Shown: piece by piece, positions 1 to 12,340 of the stretch | How the letters are laid out: every line of letters begins with the position of its first letter | Position numbering within the stretch: position 1 is the first letter of the stretch | From: Chiloscyllium plagiosum | Lineage: Eukaryota | NCBI RefSeq assembly: GCF_004010195.1 | Contig: NC_057749.1 | Coordinates: 6,965,416-7,029,415 of the forward strand | Direction: 5' to 3' | DNA length: 64,000 nucleotides | Position numbers and translations under genes: made by a program | Notes under the pieces: generated by a model | The model's input: the letters and a program-made list of their open reading frames with translations, nothing else | What the model was told of the DNA's origin: nothing | Databases searched by the model: none

Positions 1-1057
1 CAGTAAATGGGTGAGCTTGTTTTATTGATGGCTCAGAAAGTATGGAATTTCTCATTTCCAAAAGACGAAAGAAGCTGAGATAATTGCACCTTACAAAATG
101 AATAGATTTTTGTTCGGTAATGCTACTGAGCAGTAGGAGTCAAGTGGAAATAAGGCACAGAAGCAATAATGTTAGTGAAGGAAAGAATATGACTGAGGGG
201 CTGAAAGGTCTACTCCAACTCTCCAAAGGCATGTTAGCCACTGAAAAATATGTGCCAACCAGTAGACAGTTAAACTTTATTTGAAATGAGTAAAATCTCT
301 ATTTATGAAGCTAAAATATTTACATGCTGAATTAGAAACCTTGGAAGCGTAGTATTCTGACAATGAGGTGATATTTGTGCAGAGGTTGATGGGCTACAGG
401 ATACAAAGAGAATGGTCATGGATCACTCATGTAAGGCCTTTGTGTTTTGCTTGCCCGTACAATGACATGAACCACATGAGACTCTCTCCACTGTGTTACT
501 GTGAAAGAAACCATGAACTCTCCAATTCACCCACTACACAATACTCTACAAAGCTTTTATTCATGAAGACACCACCCTCTTAAAATTCAAAAAACAATGA
601 CACGCCCCAGCACAATATCAAATTTATTTGTCATGGTGAGCAAATAAATTGTTACATTCCTTTGTTCATTTTTGATAACTTAGAGAATCTGTTTGATAAC
701 TAATGAAGAATTGACTAGGCTACTCATGGTACAATTGGAGGAAATAGCTGAAATGCGGATGATATAATCAAGGAAATTAATGTACATTCTTGCTGACATC
801 TTCAGGGGGTGGTAACAAATTTTCACTCGTGTATAGAGTAGATGAGTGAAAATGGACGATGGAACAGACGCTGAGGAATGAAGAAAGGGTTGTGAGCAGA
901 AACTACCTGAAAACCGGGTCCATGCAATGGGCTTTAACAGGATGGAGCGACAAACTAAAAGGGTTTGATGGCAGCTTTTAAAGAGTAAGGTCAATGTAAT
1001 TACCATTCTGGCCAAAGGAGAAATGGAGAGCCACAGAGGGTTAAAGTCAACAGATTA

Positions 1058-1231
1058 TAGAACAACCTCGATTATCCAAACATCAACTATCCGAATTTCA
1101 GATTACCTGAGCAAGATCTCAAGGTCCTGTAAAAATGCTATCCATTATCCAAACAATCTGTAATCCAAACTCTCAATTATTCAAACAAAATACTCCCTGC
1201 CCATCTTGTTTGGATAATCGAGGTTATTCTG
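1058..1231. mobile_element. Tc1/mariner-superfamily (Tigger/pogo-like) MITE
   Basis: 25-bp terminal inverted repeats, tagaacaacctcgattatccaaaca and tgtttggataatcgaggttattctg (23/25 match), flanked by TA at 1056-1057 and 1232-1233; non-coding. Confidence 0.8.
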
Positions 1232-3218
1232 TATTGGTGCTGCAATGGAAGTAAGGTCCAAGGACGTAGTTGAGATTGGGAGAGTTTGAGGGAGATGTGG
1301 CAGGAGAAACGAAATTCAATGCTTTTGCAGATGGGAATTAATAATTGTCAACAATGGGATTGGATGGAGTGACAAACAGGACATGATCTTATAGCCAGGA
1401 TGTTAACATATTGGCATTTTATGGAGGATTGGAACCGAGCATTGGAGAAATTGAATCTTGAAACTAATGGAAAGTTTGGCAGTGATGTTGAGGTTACGGT
1501 ACAGCAACACTGAGTTAGAAATAAGTGGTTTTAGTATATGGATAGAATACAAGGCTTTTGAAACTCAGCTTTGGGTCAAAGGTAATGCAAAGATTTGATG
1601 CTGTGAATGTCAAAAGAAAGGAATGAACTCAGGAGGGCAGAGGTTCATAATTTTCCAGAAGTATTAACTGGTCGTAATGGAGCACGGTACTGAGGTGAAC
1701 AAGATAACTTGGAACAGGATGGGATCACTTTCAAGTTTTACTGTATTTCTCTCCTGCGTTAGGGCATCTGTTTCTCTGAAGCTCGATTGGATGAATTCTT
1801 GTCTGATCCATGGCTAGCCTAATGGCACGGTTGAGGGAGGTGGTGGAGGGGTTGGCTAGCCCAATGGCACAGGTCATGTGTCGAGGGCAATGGTGGAGGG
1901 ATGTGACAGGGTTTACCTGACAATAGATGGCTCCATGGTTACAAAAGCGAACACTGAGTGACTGCAGGCAGGCACAACTGAGAAAAAGCTGAACGTTGAT
2001 AACAGTCAGGGAATGGGTCACACACCCATGATATCTTGTGGAAACTGCTTTGATCATGGCATCTGGCAGCTATCTTAGCTACTGATGTGGCCAGTTTACA
2101 TTTCGACTCCACAGTGAAACTGAAGAGAGTAGCTCAGTCGGGATTTTAAAAAAAACACTTCAGCATTTCAGGTAAGTAATTATTAGACAATGTGAACACA
2201 ATTCATGGTCAGCACTTTCCTGTAAGGCACAGAATGTGGGCTTGAGGAAACACAGCTCACCAAACAAGGTAAAAAAAGCAAAGAACCATGACATTGAATT
2301 GATTGTTTGTGTCAATTCCAGTGCTCTCACAAAGCTTTAAGTATTGGCATGGGTGTGAAAGTTTAACTGAAATGCAACACCTGTAGATTTCCTTCTGTCA
2401 AAGTTGGATAGTTTTGAGTTATATAACATTTGGGTAAAGTACATACAGTTACAGATCCATCAGAGCACAATTGTTTTAGTTGCTAAATTAACCACATCGA
2501 CAGACACGAATATTGAATATTATCCTTTTACCGCAATGAAGACACTGAATCGGGTGAGTGGTGACACTGAGTGTGATGACACAATAGAGACTCGAAGTTC
2601 TTAAGGCGAGGCATTTAAAGCAAAATCTCAGACTGCACTTTAAACCAGAGCTTCCCAGGCTTAAGCCCTGAGTTCAATGCCAGCTCAACAGAGTTCCTGC
2701 TCAACAGAGTTCCTAGCTCTGACTTCACGAGTGTTGAATTGGTATTTGTTCTTTGGGCAGATGAGACGGTCCACCTCACCATCAGACATGCTTGATGTCA
2801 CTGATTGGCAAAGGTAGCAAAGGCCCAGGAAACAGTTAACCGGCATTCCCAAAGAGCCCAGCACAGCAGCTGAGACCAACATTAAATTCATCAGCCTTGA
2901 TGCTGACAGCAATTGCTTTAACATTCTGACATTGGCAGAAAAAGAAAGATTATTTGCAAACAGCAACTCCTGGATTGTCAGTAAAAGTAACACATTTGTG
3001 TATTTGCCAATTGAGAGAAGGGACATTAAATGGGCAAATTAAATTGCACTTGGCATCGAATGCTATTTGTCAGTGATTTCAAGCACATGATTATCGATTA
3101 AATCTCTTGGCCAGCTAACTACACAAAACACAATGTGGTGACTTGTCAAAGCCAAGCGGCTTTAGCTGACGAAGGCCCATCTTAAAGGTACAAATCTCAT
3201 TTTAAATTTGACCACTAC

Positions 3219-3267
3219 CTCCTCGGCCTTCGCTGTCTGCAGGCTTCACCTGAATCGGGCGGTTCAT
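3219..3267 (-). CDS. celf6: Internal 49-nt coding exon (exon-3 equivalent) of a CELF3-6 (Bruno-like) RNA-binding protein gene; best match CELF6
   Basis: Minus strand reads ctttctcttcttgttctttgcag|ATGAACCGCCCGATTCAGGTGAAGCCTGCAGACAGCGAAGGCCGAGGAG|gtagtg. It has a strong polypyrimidine tract with AG, a GT donor, and phases 0/1. It translates MNRPIQVKPADSEGRG, the conserved RRM1 end/linker of CELF3-6. As recalled, SEGRG is the CELF6-type variant (SESRG in CELF3/4/5). The family call is firm; the paralogue call is less certain. Confidence 0.9.
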
Positions 3268-3554
3268 CTGCAAAGAACAAGAAGAGAAAGGGGCGATTAG
3301 GCACTCCAGAGTGAGAATACTTTAAACAGAATTCCTAAGACTCCATCAAAGACCTCTTCTTTCCCTTTTCACTGACCAAGCAACAGTACACTTGAACACG
3401 TAAATTTCCAATTCACGGCGGATACCTGAAATCACCAAGAAGATGTCAAGAAAGGTTGGTGACCAAAACCAGTCAATGCAGGACCACAAACTAAAAACAG
3501 GGAATTATATTAAGTTAAATAATGCTCGGAACTTAATACTAGCAAATAACTGAT

Positions 3555-3725
3555 TGCTCATTAATGTCCTTTAGGGAAGGAAACTGCCATCCTTACATGT
3601 CTGGCCTACATGTGACTCCAGACCCACAGCAATGCGGTTGACTCTTAACTGCCCTATGGGCAATTAGGGATGGGTAATAAGTGCTGGCCTGGTGAGTGAT
3701 GCCCACATCCCATGAATGAATGAAA
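3555..3725 (+). mobile_element. 3' part of a second shark tRNA-derived SINE family
   Basis: ggaaggaaactgccatccttacatgtctggcctacatgtgactccagacccacagc...gggcaattagggatgggtaataa...cccatgaatgaa; the same module recurs at ~17058, ~45070 and ~51857. Confidence 0.65.
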
Positions 3726-5224
3726 AGAAACAAACTCAGTTGGTAAATCTTAAGAATAATTTTCAACTGCAGGAAAACTCAAACTTTGTACAACATGGAT
3801 TCAGAGGCAGTGAGAGATTCTCGGACCACCCAGTAGTTTGAAAATCTGCCGAGCATCCAACTCCAGGTAAATGTTCTCCTACTCAAACATACCTAGTAGA
3901 TGCCAGTTCAATTCAGGTGTTGCAGACAATGCCAGGTTATGGGTGCAACTTACGACTTAACAGCGTCAGATATTGTCTCAGGAGCAACACTTGTGGCAGG
4001 CTAAGAGAATTGAATTTGAAGCGTCAAATATTCTCCCAAGACTGTGCAGGATGGCTGTTTCTCTTGCCCTAGGGGACGATGTGAGAGCAGAAGATGTGTC
4101 TCAGAACCATGGGCAGTCATTTAGGACTGAGACAAGGAGGAATTTCACTACCTGGCGGACGGTGAATCTTGACAATGCTCTACCCAAAGAGAATCTGCAA
4201 GTCATTGAATAAATTCCTGAATAGATTTTAAGATAGAAATGTAGAAAATAGGAGCCCTTCAGTCCTGCTCCATCATTCAACATGATCGTAGCTGATCATC
4301 CAACTCAATACATGGTTCCTGATTTCTCCCCATACTCTTTGATCCCTTTAGACCTGAGAACTATGTCTAATTCCTTCTTAAAAGCATTTAACATTTTGGC
4401 TTCAACTACTTTCTGGGGCAGAAAATTCCACTCTTATCACTCTCTGGATGGTGATGAAAACTTCTCCTCATCCCGGTCCTTAATGGCCTATGCCATACCC
4501 CCAGACTGTAATCCCTGGTTCTAGACTTCCTGATCATCAGGATCATCCCTCCTGCCTTTACTCTATCTCGTCCTATTTACAGATTTCTTTGGGATATCAA
4601 AGTTGTAATGGGATGTTGTGGGAAATTGGGATTGAATGAGAAGATCAGCTGGTTGAATGGCTGAGCAGGATAATAGGGGCTGAATGGCCCACTGCTGCTC
4701 CTATCTCCGAGACGCTCCGGGGTATCTCCTCAGGTTCCCTTTTGTGCACTGCCCCCTACCAATCCCACCAACATCCCACAACAAACCTGACATTGTCTTT
4801 GTCATTTATGCCTGTTTCAGAACAATTGCCAACTTTGTGGCACATCAGTGCCAACTGGACCCGGGACTGACCAACGCCTTTGAATAACCAACTGCAAAGA
4901 TGCTTTTAAGGAGAATTCATCATTTCAAAACATGCAAGAATGCAACCAGATACCTTGCAAAGTAGTTCAAATGATGAATTCCTTTTCTTTGCTGTAGGAC
5001 ACGAGCCACTCGGTGACCTCCAGACAGCCTCAACATCAATCACTGGGCGAGGGGAAAACTCAGTCACTCCTGATGGCTATTTATTGGCCAATGCCACAGC
5101 CATGAATATGCCGATGGTGGAGAATAACAGGTTCAGAACGCACTGTGATGTTAATCGATATTGAAATGGCTCAAAAAAAGGACTTCATGATCTGAAGACA
5201 CCCCAAGACTGTGGAGCCCAATTA

Positions 5225-5450
5225 AGTATTTCTGAAGCACGATTGCTATTGTAATGTGAAAAACAGAGCAGCCAATATAAACACAATATGTTGAGAAGCA
5301 ACCATTGGCCAGAGCTCCTGGCAAGCCACTCTTGATCTTCTTCAAACGTTGCCACAGGATCTATTATATTCACCTGAGAGGACAGAACGGTCCTTGGTTT
5401 AACATCTCCCCTGCAAAACAGTATCCCTGACTACAGTGCTGTACTCCAGC
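5225..5450 (-). mobile_element. Degenerate Deu-domain SINE (SacSINE1/DeuSINE-like)
   Basis: The reverse complement resembles the Deu core (gagatgttaaaccaaggaccgttctgtcctctcaggtgaat...agatcctgtggca). Confidence 0.5.
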
Positions 5451-5477
5451 CGAAATGCTTGGTCTCATTTTTCTGGA

Positions 5478-5681
5478 GAAAGTGATGACTGCAGATGCTG
5501 GAGATCACAGCTGAAAGATGTGTTGCTGGAAAAGCGCTGCAGGTCAGGCAGCATCCAAGGAGCAGGAGAATCGACGTTTCGGGCATAAGTCCTGAAGAAG
5601 TGCTTATGCCCGAAATGTCGATTCTCCTGCTCCTTGGATGCTGCCTGACCTGCTGCGATTTTCCAGCAACACATTTTTCAG
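5478..5681. mobile_element. Short fold-back Penelope-derived element, family A, carrying a hammerhead motif
   Basis: Inverted arms (tgttgctggaaaagcgc...tcgacgtttcgggcataag / cttatgcccgaaatgtcga...ttccagcaaca); CTGAAGA at 5592 and GAAA at 5612; 14-bp TSD ctcat(t/g)tttctgga at 5464-5477 and 5682-5695. Confidence 0.75.
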
Positions 5682-5785
5682 CTCATGTTTCTGGAACCGA
5701 CATCCTGAGACTCAAAATAAGAGATGCCAACTGACTCATGCCTCCAAACTGGTACCCCCTGGTGGTACCCCCTGGTACCACCCCC

Positions 5786-6996
5786 GTTTTCACTGTCAAC
5801 AGGGGTGGTACCAGGGGACTGGAGAGTGGCGAATGTTGTGCCCCTGTTCAAAAAAGGGAATAGGGATAACCCCAGGAATTACAGGCCAGTTAGTCTTACT
5901 CCGGTGGTAGGCAAAGTAATGGAAAGGGTACTGAGGGATAGGATTTATGAGTATCTGGAAAGACACTGCTTGATTAGGGACAGCCAGCACGGATTTGTGA
6001 AGGGGAGGTCTTGCCTTACANNNNNNNNNNNNNNNNNNNNNNNNNNNNNNNNNNNNNNNNNNNNNNNNNNNNNNNNNNNNNNNNNNNNNNNNNNNNNNNN
6101 NNNNNNNNNNNNNNNNNNNNNNNNNNNNNNNNNNNNNNNNNNNNNNNNNNNNNNNNNNNNNNNNNNNNNNNNNNNNNNNNNNNNNNNNNNNNNNNNNNNN
6201 NNNNNNNNNNNNNNNNNNNNNNNNNNNNNNNNNNNNNNNNNNNNNNNNNNNNNNNNNNNNNNNNNNNNNNNNNNNNNNNNNNNNNNNNNNNNNNNNNNNN
6301 NNNNNNNNNNNNNNNNNNNNNNNNNNNNNNNNNNNNNNNNNNNNNNNNNNNNNNNNNNNNNNNNNNNNNNNNNNNNNNNNNNNNNNNNNNNNNNNNNNNN
6401 NNNNNNNNNNNNNNNNNNNNNNNNNNNNNNNNNNNNNNNNNNNNNNNNNNNNNNNNNNNNNNNNNNNNNNNNNNNNNNNNNNNNNNNNNNNNNNNNNNNN
6501 NNNNNNNNNNNNNNNNNNNNNNNNNNNNNNNNNNNNNNNNNNNNNNNNNNNNNNNNNNNNNNNNNNNNNNNNNNNNNNNNNNNNNNNNNNNNNNNNNNNN
6601 NNNNNNNNNNNNNNNNNNNNNNNNNNNNNNNNNNNNNNNNNNNNNNNNNNNGGCCAGGGAGATTAGTGTGGAGTGTGGCAGGGAGCACCGAGTGGAGTGG
6701 GGCAGGGAGTGCCCCACTTTTTCCCCGGGTACAACAGAGTGTTACAAGGGGACGTAAATTTAAGGTGAAGGGTGGAAGGTATAGGGGAGATGTCAGGGGT
6801 GGGTTCTTTCCCCAGAGAGTGGTGGGGGCATGGAATGCGCTGCCTGTGGGAGTGGTAGAGTCAGAATCTTTGGTGACCTTTAAGCGGCAATTGGATAGGT
6901 ACATGGATGGGTGCTTAAGCTCAGACAAATGTTTGACACAACATCGTGGGCCGAAGGGCCTGTTCTGTGCTGTATTGTTCTATGTTCTATGTTCTA
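5786..6996 (+). mobile_element. Young 5'-truncated CR1 LINE spanning the assembly gap
   Basis: RT-start motifs WRVANVVPLFKKG..NYRPVSLT..QHGFVKGRSCLT, CR1 ORF2 C-terminus (FFPQRVVGAWNALP..FKRQLDRYM), and a (tgttcta)n tail. Confidence 0.9.
6021..6651. other. Assembly gap (N run)
   Basis: 631 consecutive N. Confidence 1.
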
Positions 6997-7164
6997 AACT
7001 GACTGGAGACATGGGTTCAAATCCCACAATGCCAGATGTTGGGATTCAAATTCAAGAAATATCTGGAATAACAAGCTAGTCTGCGACCATCTCCCCACCC
7101 TTGATGATTGTGAGAATCTGCCGGGTTCAAGAATGTCCTTTAGAGAAAAAGTGACTCCAGACCC

Positions 7165-7430
7165 ATACAGAATGCCTACCGTGCAAAAAAGGCCATTCGG
7201 TCTATTGACTCTACACCAACTCTCCGAAGAGTAACCCCCCCACCCCCCAATTAACCCAATATTTATCACAACTAATCCACCTTTGGGCTGTGGAAGGAAA
7301 CTGGAGCACCCATACAGACACTGGGAGAATCTGCAAACTCCACACACACAGTTACCCTCAAAGATGGGAATTGAACCTAGGTTCCTGATGCTGTGAGGCG
7401 GACTGCTAATCACTGTGCCATCCATGCCAC
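7165..7430 (-). mobile_element. HE1 SINE, nested in a family-2 SINE (~7000-7490)
   Basis: Reverse complement of the HE1 head (tggcacagtgattagcagtcc..cctcacagc) and the tgtggagtttgca core. Confidence 0.8.
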
Positions 7431-8050
7431 CCACAACAATGTGGTTTGATTCTTCACTACCCTCTGGGCAATTAGGGATGGGCACCATCCTAAAAACAAA
7501 CTCAAAATCCATTAGTCAGCTTCAGCAAGCATCAGAGTAAAGAAATTTCTTTTCCACTAAATCATTTTCTGCATATGTGAGGGCTTCGTATTGCAATTAA
7601 AGTGAAATCTTTCTTTTTGGCAACTTTTAATATCCGGAACATGGACACCCCCCACCAATTCACCATACCCCACATAATAGCTTCATCTATCATAAATTCT
7701 TCACCTTAAAATTAATCTTCTCCTTTTAATGGCCTGTGTTCATCCAACACTCCTCATTCTCGAAAGTAAATAATTCATTCAGAAATTAATCCTGACTGAG
7801 AATTACCTACTGTGTAAAATAAGTCCTCAGAAATGGACTGTTCAATCAAATATCCTGGTAAGTACAGTGTTTCCAACAGAAGAGACTCCCTGCATCTGTT
7901 ATATCCACATGCTCATAGTTATAAAAATAAGTTAGCCTGATAACGAAGCAGTGATTCGCAGAATCTCAGAATTGTTAAAATGCAGAAGTAGGCCATTTGG
8001 CCCATCTTGTCTGTTCTGGCTCTTCAAATGAGCAATGCGCCTATGGCCTA

Positions 8051-8365
8051 GTGTGGCACAGTGGTTAGCGCTGCTACCTCACAGCAGCAAGAACCCAGGT
8101 TCAATTGTACCCTCAGATGACTATCAGTGTGGAGTTTGCAGACTCTCCCCGTGTCTGCAGTGGTTTGCTCTGGGCACTCTGGCTTCCTCCCACAGTCAAA
8201 CAATATGTAGCTTAGGTGGATTGGCCGTGGGAAATTGTCCGTCGTGTCCATGGATGTGCAGCCTTGGTAGTTCAGCCATGGGAAAGGCAAAGTCACAGGG
8301 ATGGGGTGGGATGCTCTCTGGAGGGTTGGTGTGGACTCAATGAACCAAATGGCCTGCTTCCATAC
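8051..8365 (+). mobile_element. HE1 SINE
   Basis: tggcacagtggttagcgctgctacctcacagc head, tgtggagtttgca core and CR1-like tail. Confidence 0.85.
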
Positions 8366-8815
8366 TTCCATTTTATGTCTTTGCCTGATAAACCTGTGTA
8401 CTCTTCCCTTTCAGATGATAAACGATTTCTCTCTCAAGCATTCGATGGAACCCACCTTCACCACACTCTCTGGCAACTTAAACCACTGACTGCATGAAAA
8501 ATATTGTTCTGTGTTTGCATCATTTTGCGAATTACTTTGAAAGATACAATTATTTGTTTCTAGTAAACTTGTTTGCTATAAAACATAATTCATTTACTGG
8601 TGGTATTCGCTTCTCATCTATGTTGCAATATTGACATGCACCTTTGAAAATGTGTTTTGTTATACATACTTTTGAAAAATTCAGTGGATGGAATTGTGAA
8701 CATGTTCAAGGCAATGGGGAAAAATTTTAATGTGACAAAACATCTGGATTTGGGTTGGATGGGAGGTCAAACTGTATCCTTAACTCAGCTGACTTCCGTT
8801 TGCAGGTTTGAATGG

Positions 8816-9017
8816 GCACGATGTGGACAAAGCCAGAAGTCACATGACACCAGGTTATAATCCAACAGGTTTAATTGAAATCACAAGCTTTCAGAGCGCT
8901 GCTCCTTTGTGAGGTGACGTGCAGTCCACTCCACTTCACCAGATGAAGGAGCAGCATTCTGAAAGCTTGTGAAATCAGATAAACCTGTTGGACTATAACC
9001 GGTGTCGTGTGACTTCT
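8816..9017. mobile_element. Short fold-back Penelope-derived element, family B (degenerate hammerhead)
   Basis: Inverted arms caccaggttataatccaacaggttt / aaacctgttggactataaccggtg; core agatgaaggagcagcattctgaaagctt; 12-bp TSD aggtttgaatgg at 8804-8815 and 9018-9029. Confidence 0.75.
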
Positions 9018-9555
9018 AGGTTTGAATGGAGGCAGACCATAGGGGTTTTGACTAACTAACTTGTGGGAGGCATGTTGCCACTTTGAATACAATAACGTGA
9101 TTTGAAACCTCTTTTTTAGGTCCTATTGAGAAGGGCTGGGAAGCCAAGCAGTAAAATTAAGGTGCAGCGAATATTTTCATTCATCTCCTGGGTGCAGAGT
9201 ACTTGTGCAAACTACCCTTCAGGAACTAACTAACAATCCAATCTTTCCAATATCTCTTGACTTCCCCACAAATCTTTCCATCTTTTCCCCTCCCCCAGAA
9301 CATCGATTTTCCCCAAGCTCCTGACACCAGCAACCAGATCTATCCTGTCAGCCCCAGAGGTGAATCTTTTCCCCTAGGAATTGAAAGGTCCCCTTTTCTC
9401 TGGGATTGAAAACTCCCCAATCTTGTCCTCTGGCCTCTTCCATATTTTAAACTAGAACCCAAGCTTTTCCATCAAGTGTCACAAAGCTAGTCCTTTTTTT
9501 TGTTAAAATCTGTTCCTTGGCTCAGGGATACTCTAACCTTGATTTTTCTCATAGG

Positions 9556-10352
9556 GGTAATAAACCAGGCTGGGCTCCGATCAGACTGGTTTGGTACGGA
9601 GATGAAAAGGATTTTGAGAGGCCTTTTATTTATGCGTAAACAGATGAGACTTCAGGCCAAATTGGTCATGTTTTAGAAGTGACCTATATAATGAAAGGGG
9701 AGTGGTCAGCTCTCTATCTGAGCAGTTTAGCTCAGGCCAGAACTAGTTATGAGTTAAACAGTGAGCTGTGTGGAAACTTTCTCTTCTCTCCTTTTGAATG
9801 TCAACCTGTAAGCATTTGATCCTCTCTTGTACTGTGTTTTAAAGGGGGTTTGCTTATTGGGAATGTTGTGTGTGTTCAGAACAACATATTTAAGTCTAGT
9901 TTGGATAGACTGGTAATCAACCTCGCTAACTTTAGATTAGATTAGATTACTTACAGTGTGGAAACAGACCCTTCAGCCCAACAAGTCCACACCGACCCAC
10001 CGAAGCGCAACCCACCCAGACCCATTCCCCTACATTTGTCCCTTCACCTAACAACACGGGCAATTTAGCATGACCAATTCACCTAACCTGCACATTTTTG
10101 GACTGTGAGAGGAAACCGGAGCACCCGGAGGTAACCCGCACAGACACGGGGAGAATGTGCAAACTCCACACAGTTAGTCGCCTGAGGTGGGAATTGAACC
10201 CGGGTCTCTGGCGCTGTGAGGCAGCAGTGCTAACCACTGTGCCACCGTGCCGCCCACTTATTCCGGTAATTTTCACTGTACACTTACTGAAACAAACTGG
10301 TCTGCGCTGCCTGCTTAAGAATGTTTTGAGTGGTCTGGCTTAGTCCATAACA
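9556..10352 (+). mobile_element. Probable solo LTR interrupted by an HE1 SINE
   Basis: Ends in tggtctggcttagtccataaca, similar to the end of the 44055-44591 element; contains a TATA-like tatataa; non-coding. Confidence 0.45.
9932..10255 (-). mobile_element. HE1 SINE (young, full length)
   Basis: Near-consensus; (ttaga)n tail; highly similar to the copy at 50991-51309. Confidence 0.92.
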
Positions 10353-10894
10353 AAAGGAACCTGCCAATGGGTTTTACCACATGTCCTGATCAGGTTAAAA
10401 TTCACAGGGCTCAAAACCACATGACTTAGGAGCGCGAGTTGGCAAGTCAGCCCCTTGAGTCTGCTCTTCCATTCAATAAGTTGAATTCAATAATATTGAG
10501 AAAAGACATTTGGTTGAAACTTGGACTCAACAGGACATTTCACAAGGATACTAATTCATGGGGAAAACATTTTAACGGTACTGGGAAAGAGTGCAAATTG
10601 GTTGGCACATAGACTCTGAATAGCCGAGATGTTGCCTTGCTGAATCCACCAGTTAATGATGATTGACATATAATTGTGAGACTTTGTTTAAATTTTGAAC
10701 TTGCGTTTACTTTTCCCATCAAATTGGTGATTTGTCCATCCTGTCAGGTCCCTTAAAGACATAAAATTTCAATATGATCATCTCTCAATCTTCTGAACTC
10801 TGACAAATTTTGGCTGAACCTTCCTCTATTCCATCATCCCAGCAATTAATTGAGTGAAGCTTCTCTAAATTGTTCTAGTGCAATTGCACATTCT

Positions 10895-11088
10895 CTCTGT
10901 GTCTACGTGGGTTTCCTCTGGGTGCTCTGGTTTCCTCCCACAATCCAACGATGCACAGGTTAGGTGGATTGGCCAACGGATATGCAGGGTTAGAGAGAGA
11001 GGGGAGGGGTCTGGGTGGGATGCTCTTCAGAGGGCCATTGTGGACTCAATGGGCTGAATAGCCCACATCTACATTGTAGGGATTCTAT
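10895..11088 (+). mobile_element. HE1 SINE, 5'-truncated
   Basis: gggtttcctctgggtgctctggtttcctcccacaatcc...gtagggattctatg. Confidence 0.75.
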
Positions 11089-11829
11089 GGAAGATGACTG
11101 GTCTATGACCATCTTAAGCTCTCATATCATGGGAACCATTTATAAAATTTGCAAACATGCACCCATTCACTTGCAGCTTTCCAGCTAATGTAAGCGGCTG
11201 ATCCTAATGTACTTTGGAATTACAGATTTATCCATCAGTGAGGCTATTGGGGATGGGTCATAAATGCCTGGACTAGCCAGCAACGACCACATCCCATAAA
11301 CAAACAGAAAACAAATTGCACAAAGAACAGTTCTTCCTGAAACATCCGTGCCTACAATTTTCAAACAAGCCAGCAAATGCCAACCAATGAGCACAAATGG
11401 GATTGAGTCATCAGGCTTTGAGATCAGATTTCCAGGAGCTCTGGGAGGGGAACTGCAGCCGGGACAACATGTTGCTACACCCTTGTATGAAGGTTGTGAA
11501 ATCAAACTGTGCACAATTAGCTGAGAACGTGTAATCATCTCTGTGAGAAATTTCTCCATCTGTAGCTTCAAAGAAGGTGTTAACCTGTTCACTTTAAATA
11601 GGCCAATACCTCCCTTAAAAAGGGAGATCGAGAAACATTCGTACAGATGTATCCGTTTTAATCTCACACGGTCTGATTCCAACCCATCAGTTTGTGGCAT
11701 TCTCAAAAATTATTAGTATACTGGCAGTTCACAATAGAGGTATCAACTTTGAATGAATTGACAACCAAAATTTGAGATATTTGGGATGGATAATCAGTCC
11801 TCAGTCCCCAGCAAGGCCTGTAAATCGAA

Positions 11830-12340
11830 TGCCAATTCCATTTCTAACCCATTCCATATCTAACCCTAATTTCACATCAAACCAAATTCTATACCTAAAC
11901 CCAATTCCATATCTAACAGTAATTCCACATCAAATCCCAATTCCAAATCGAACCCAATTCCGTATGAAAGCCCAATTCTATATCCAACCCCAATTACACA
12001 TCAAACCCAAATTTCATACCTAACCCAAATTCCAAAGTGAATCCCAATTTCAGGTTAAATCCCAAATTCAGGTTAAATCCCAATTCCATATCTCACCCCA
12101 TTTCCATATTTCACCCCAATTCCATATCGCATTCCAATTCCATATTGCACCCCAATTCCATATCTCATCCCAATTCCATATTGCACTCCAATTCCATATC
12201 TCACCCCAATTCCATATTTCACCCCAATTCCATATCGCATTCCAATGCCATATTGCACTCCAATTCCATATCACACCCCAATTCCATATTTCACCCCAGT
12301 TCCATATCACACTCCAATTCCATTTCTAATCCCATATTCT
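11830..12340. repeat. 18-bp minisatellite (consensus ccccaattccatatYKca)
   Basis: Regular 18-bp units over ~12078-12330 with degenerate units upstream; this explains the periodic ORFs (HPNSIS)n, (WNWGEI)n and (YGIGVR)n. Confidence 0.92.

Noticed and set aside
2160..2180. Strong plus-strand donor cag|gtaagt
   Set aside because: No matching acceptor or coding frame identified; antisense to the CELF gene; expected by chance.
5724..7079. Long ORFs of 233-451 aa
   Set aside because: Artefacts of translating through the N gap; the real parts are CR1 ORF2.
11185..11706. 173-aa minus-strand ORF
   Set aside because: Non-ATG start, overlaps a SINE tail fragment, no recognisable domain.
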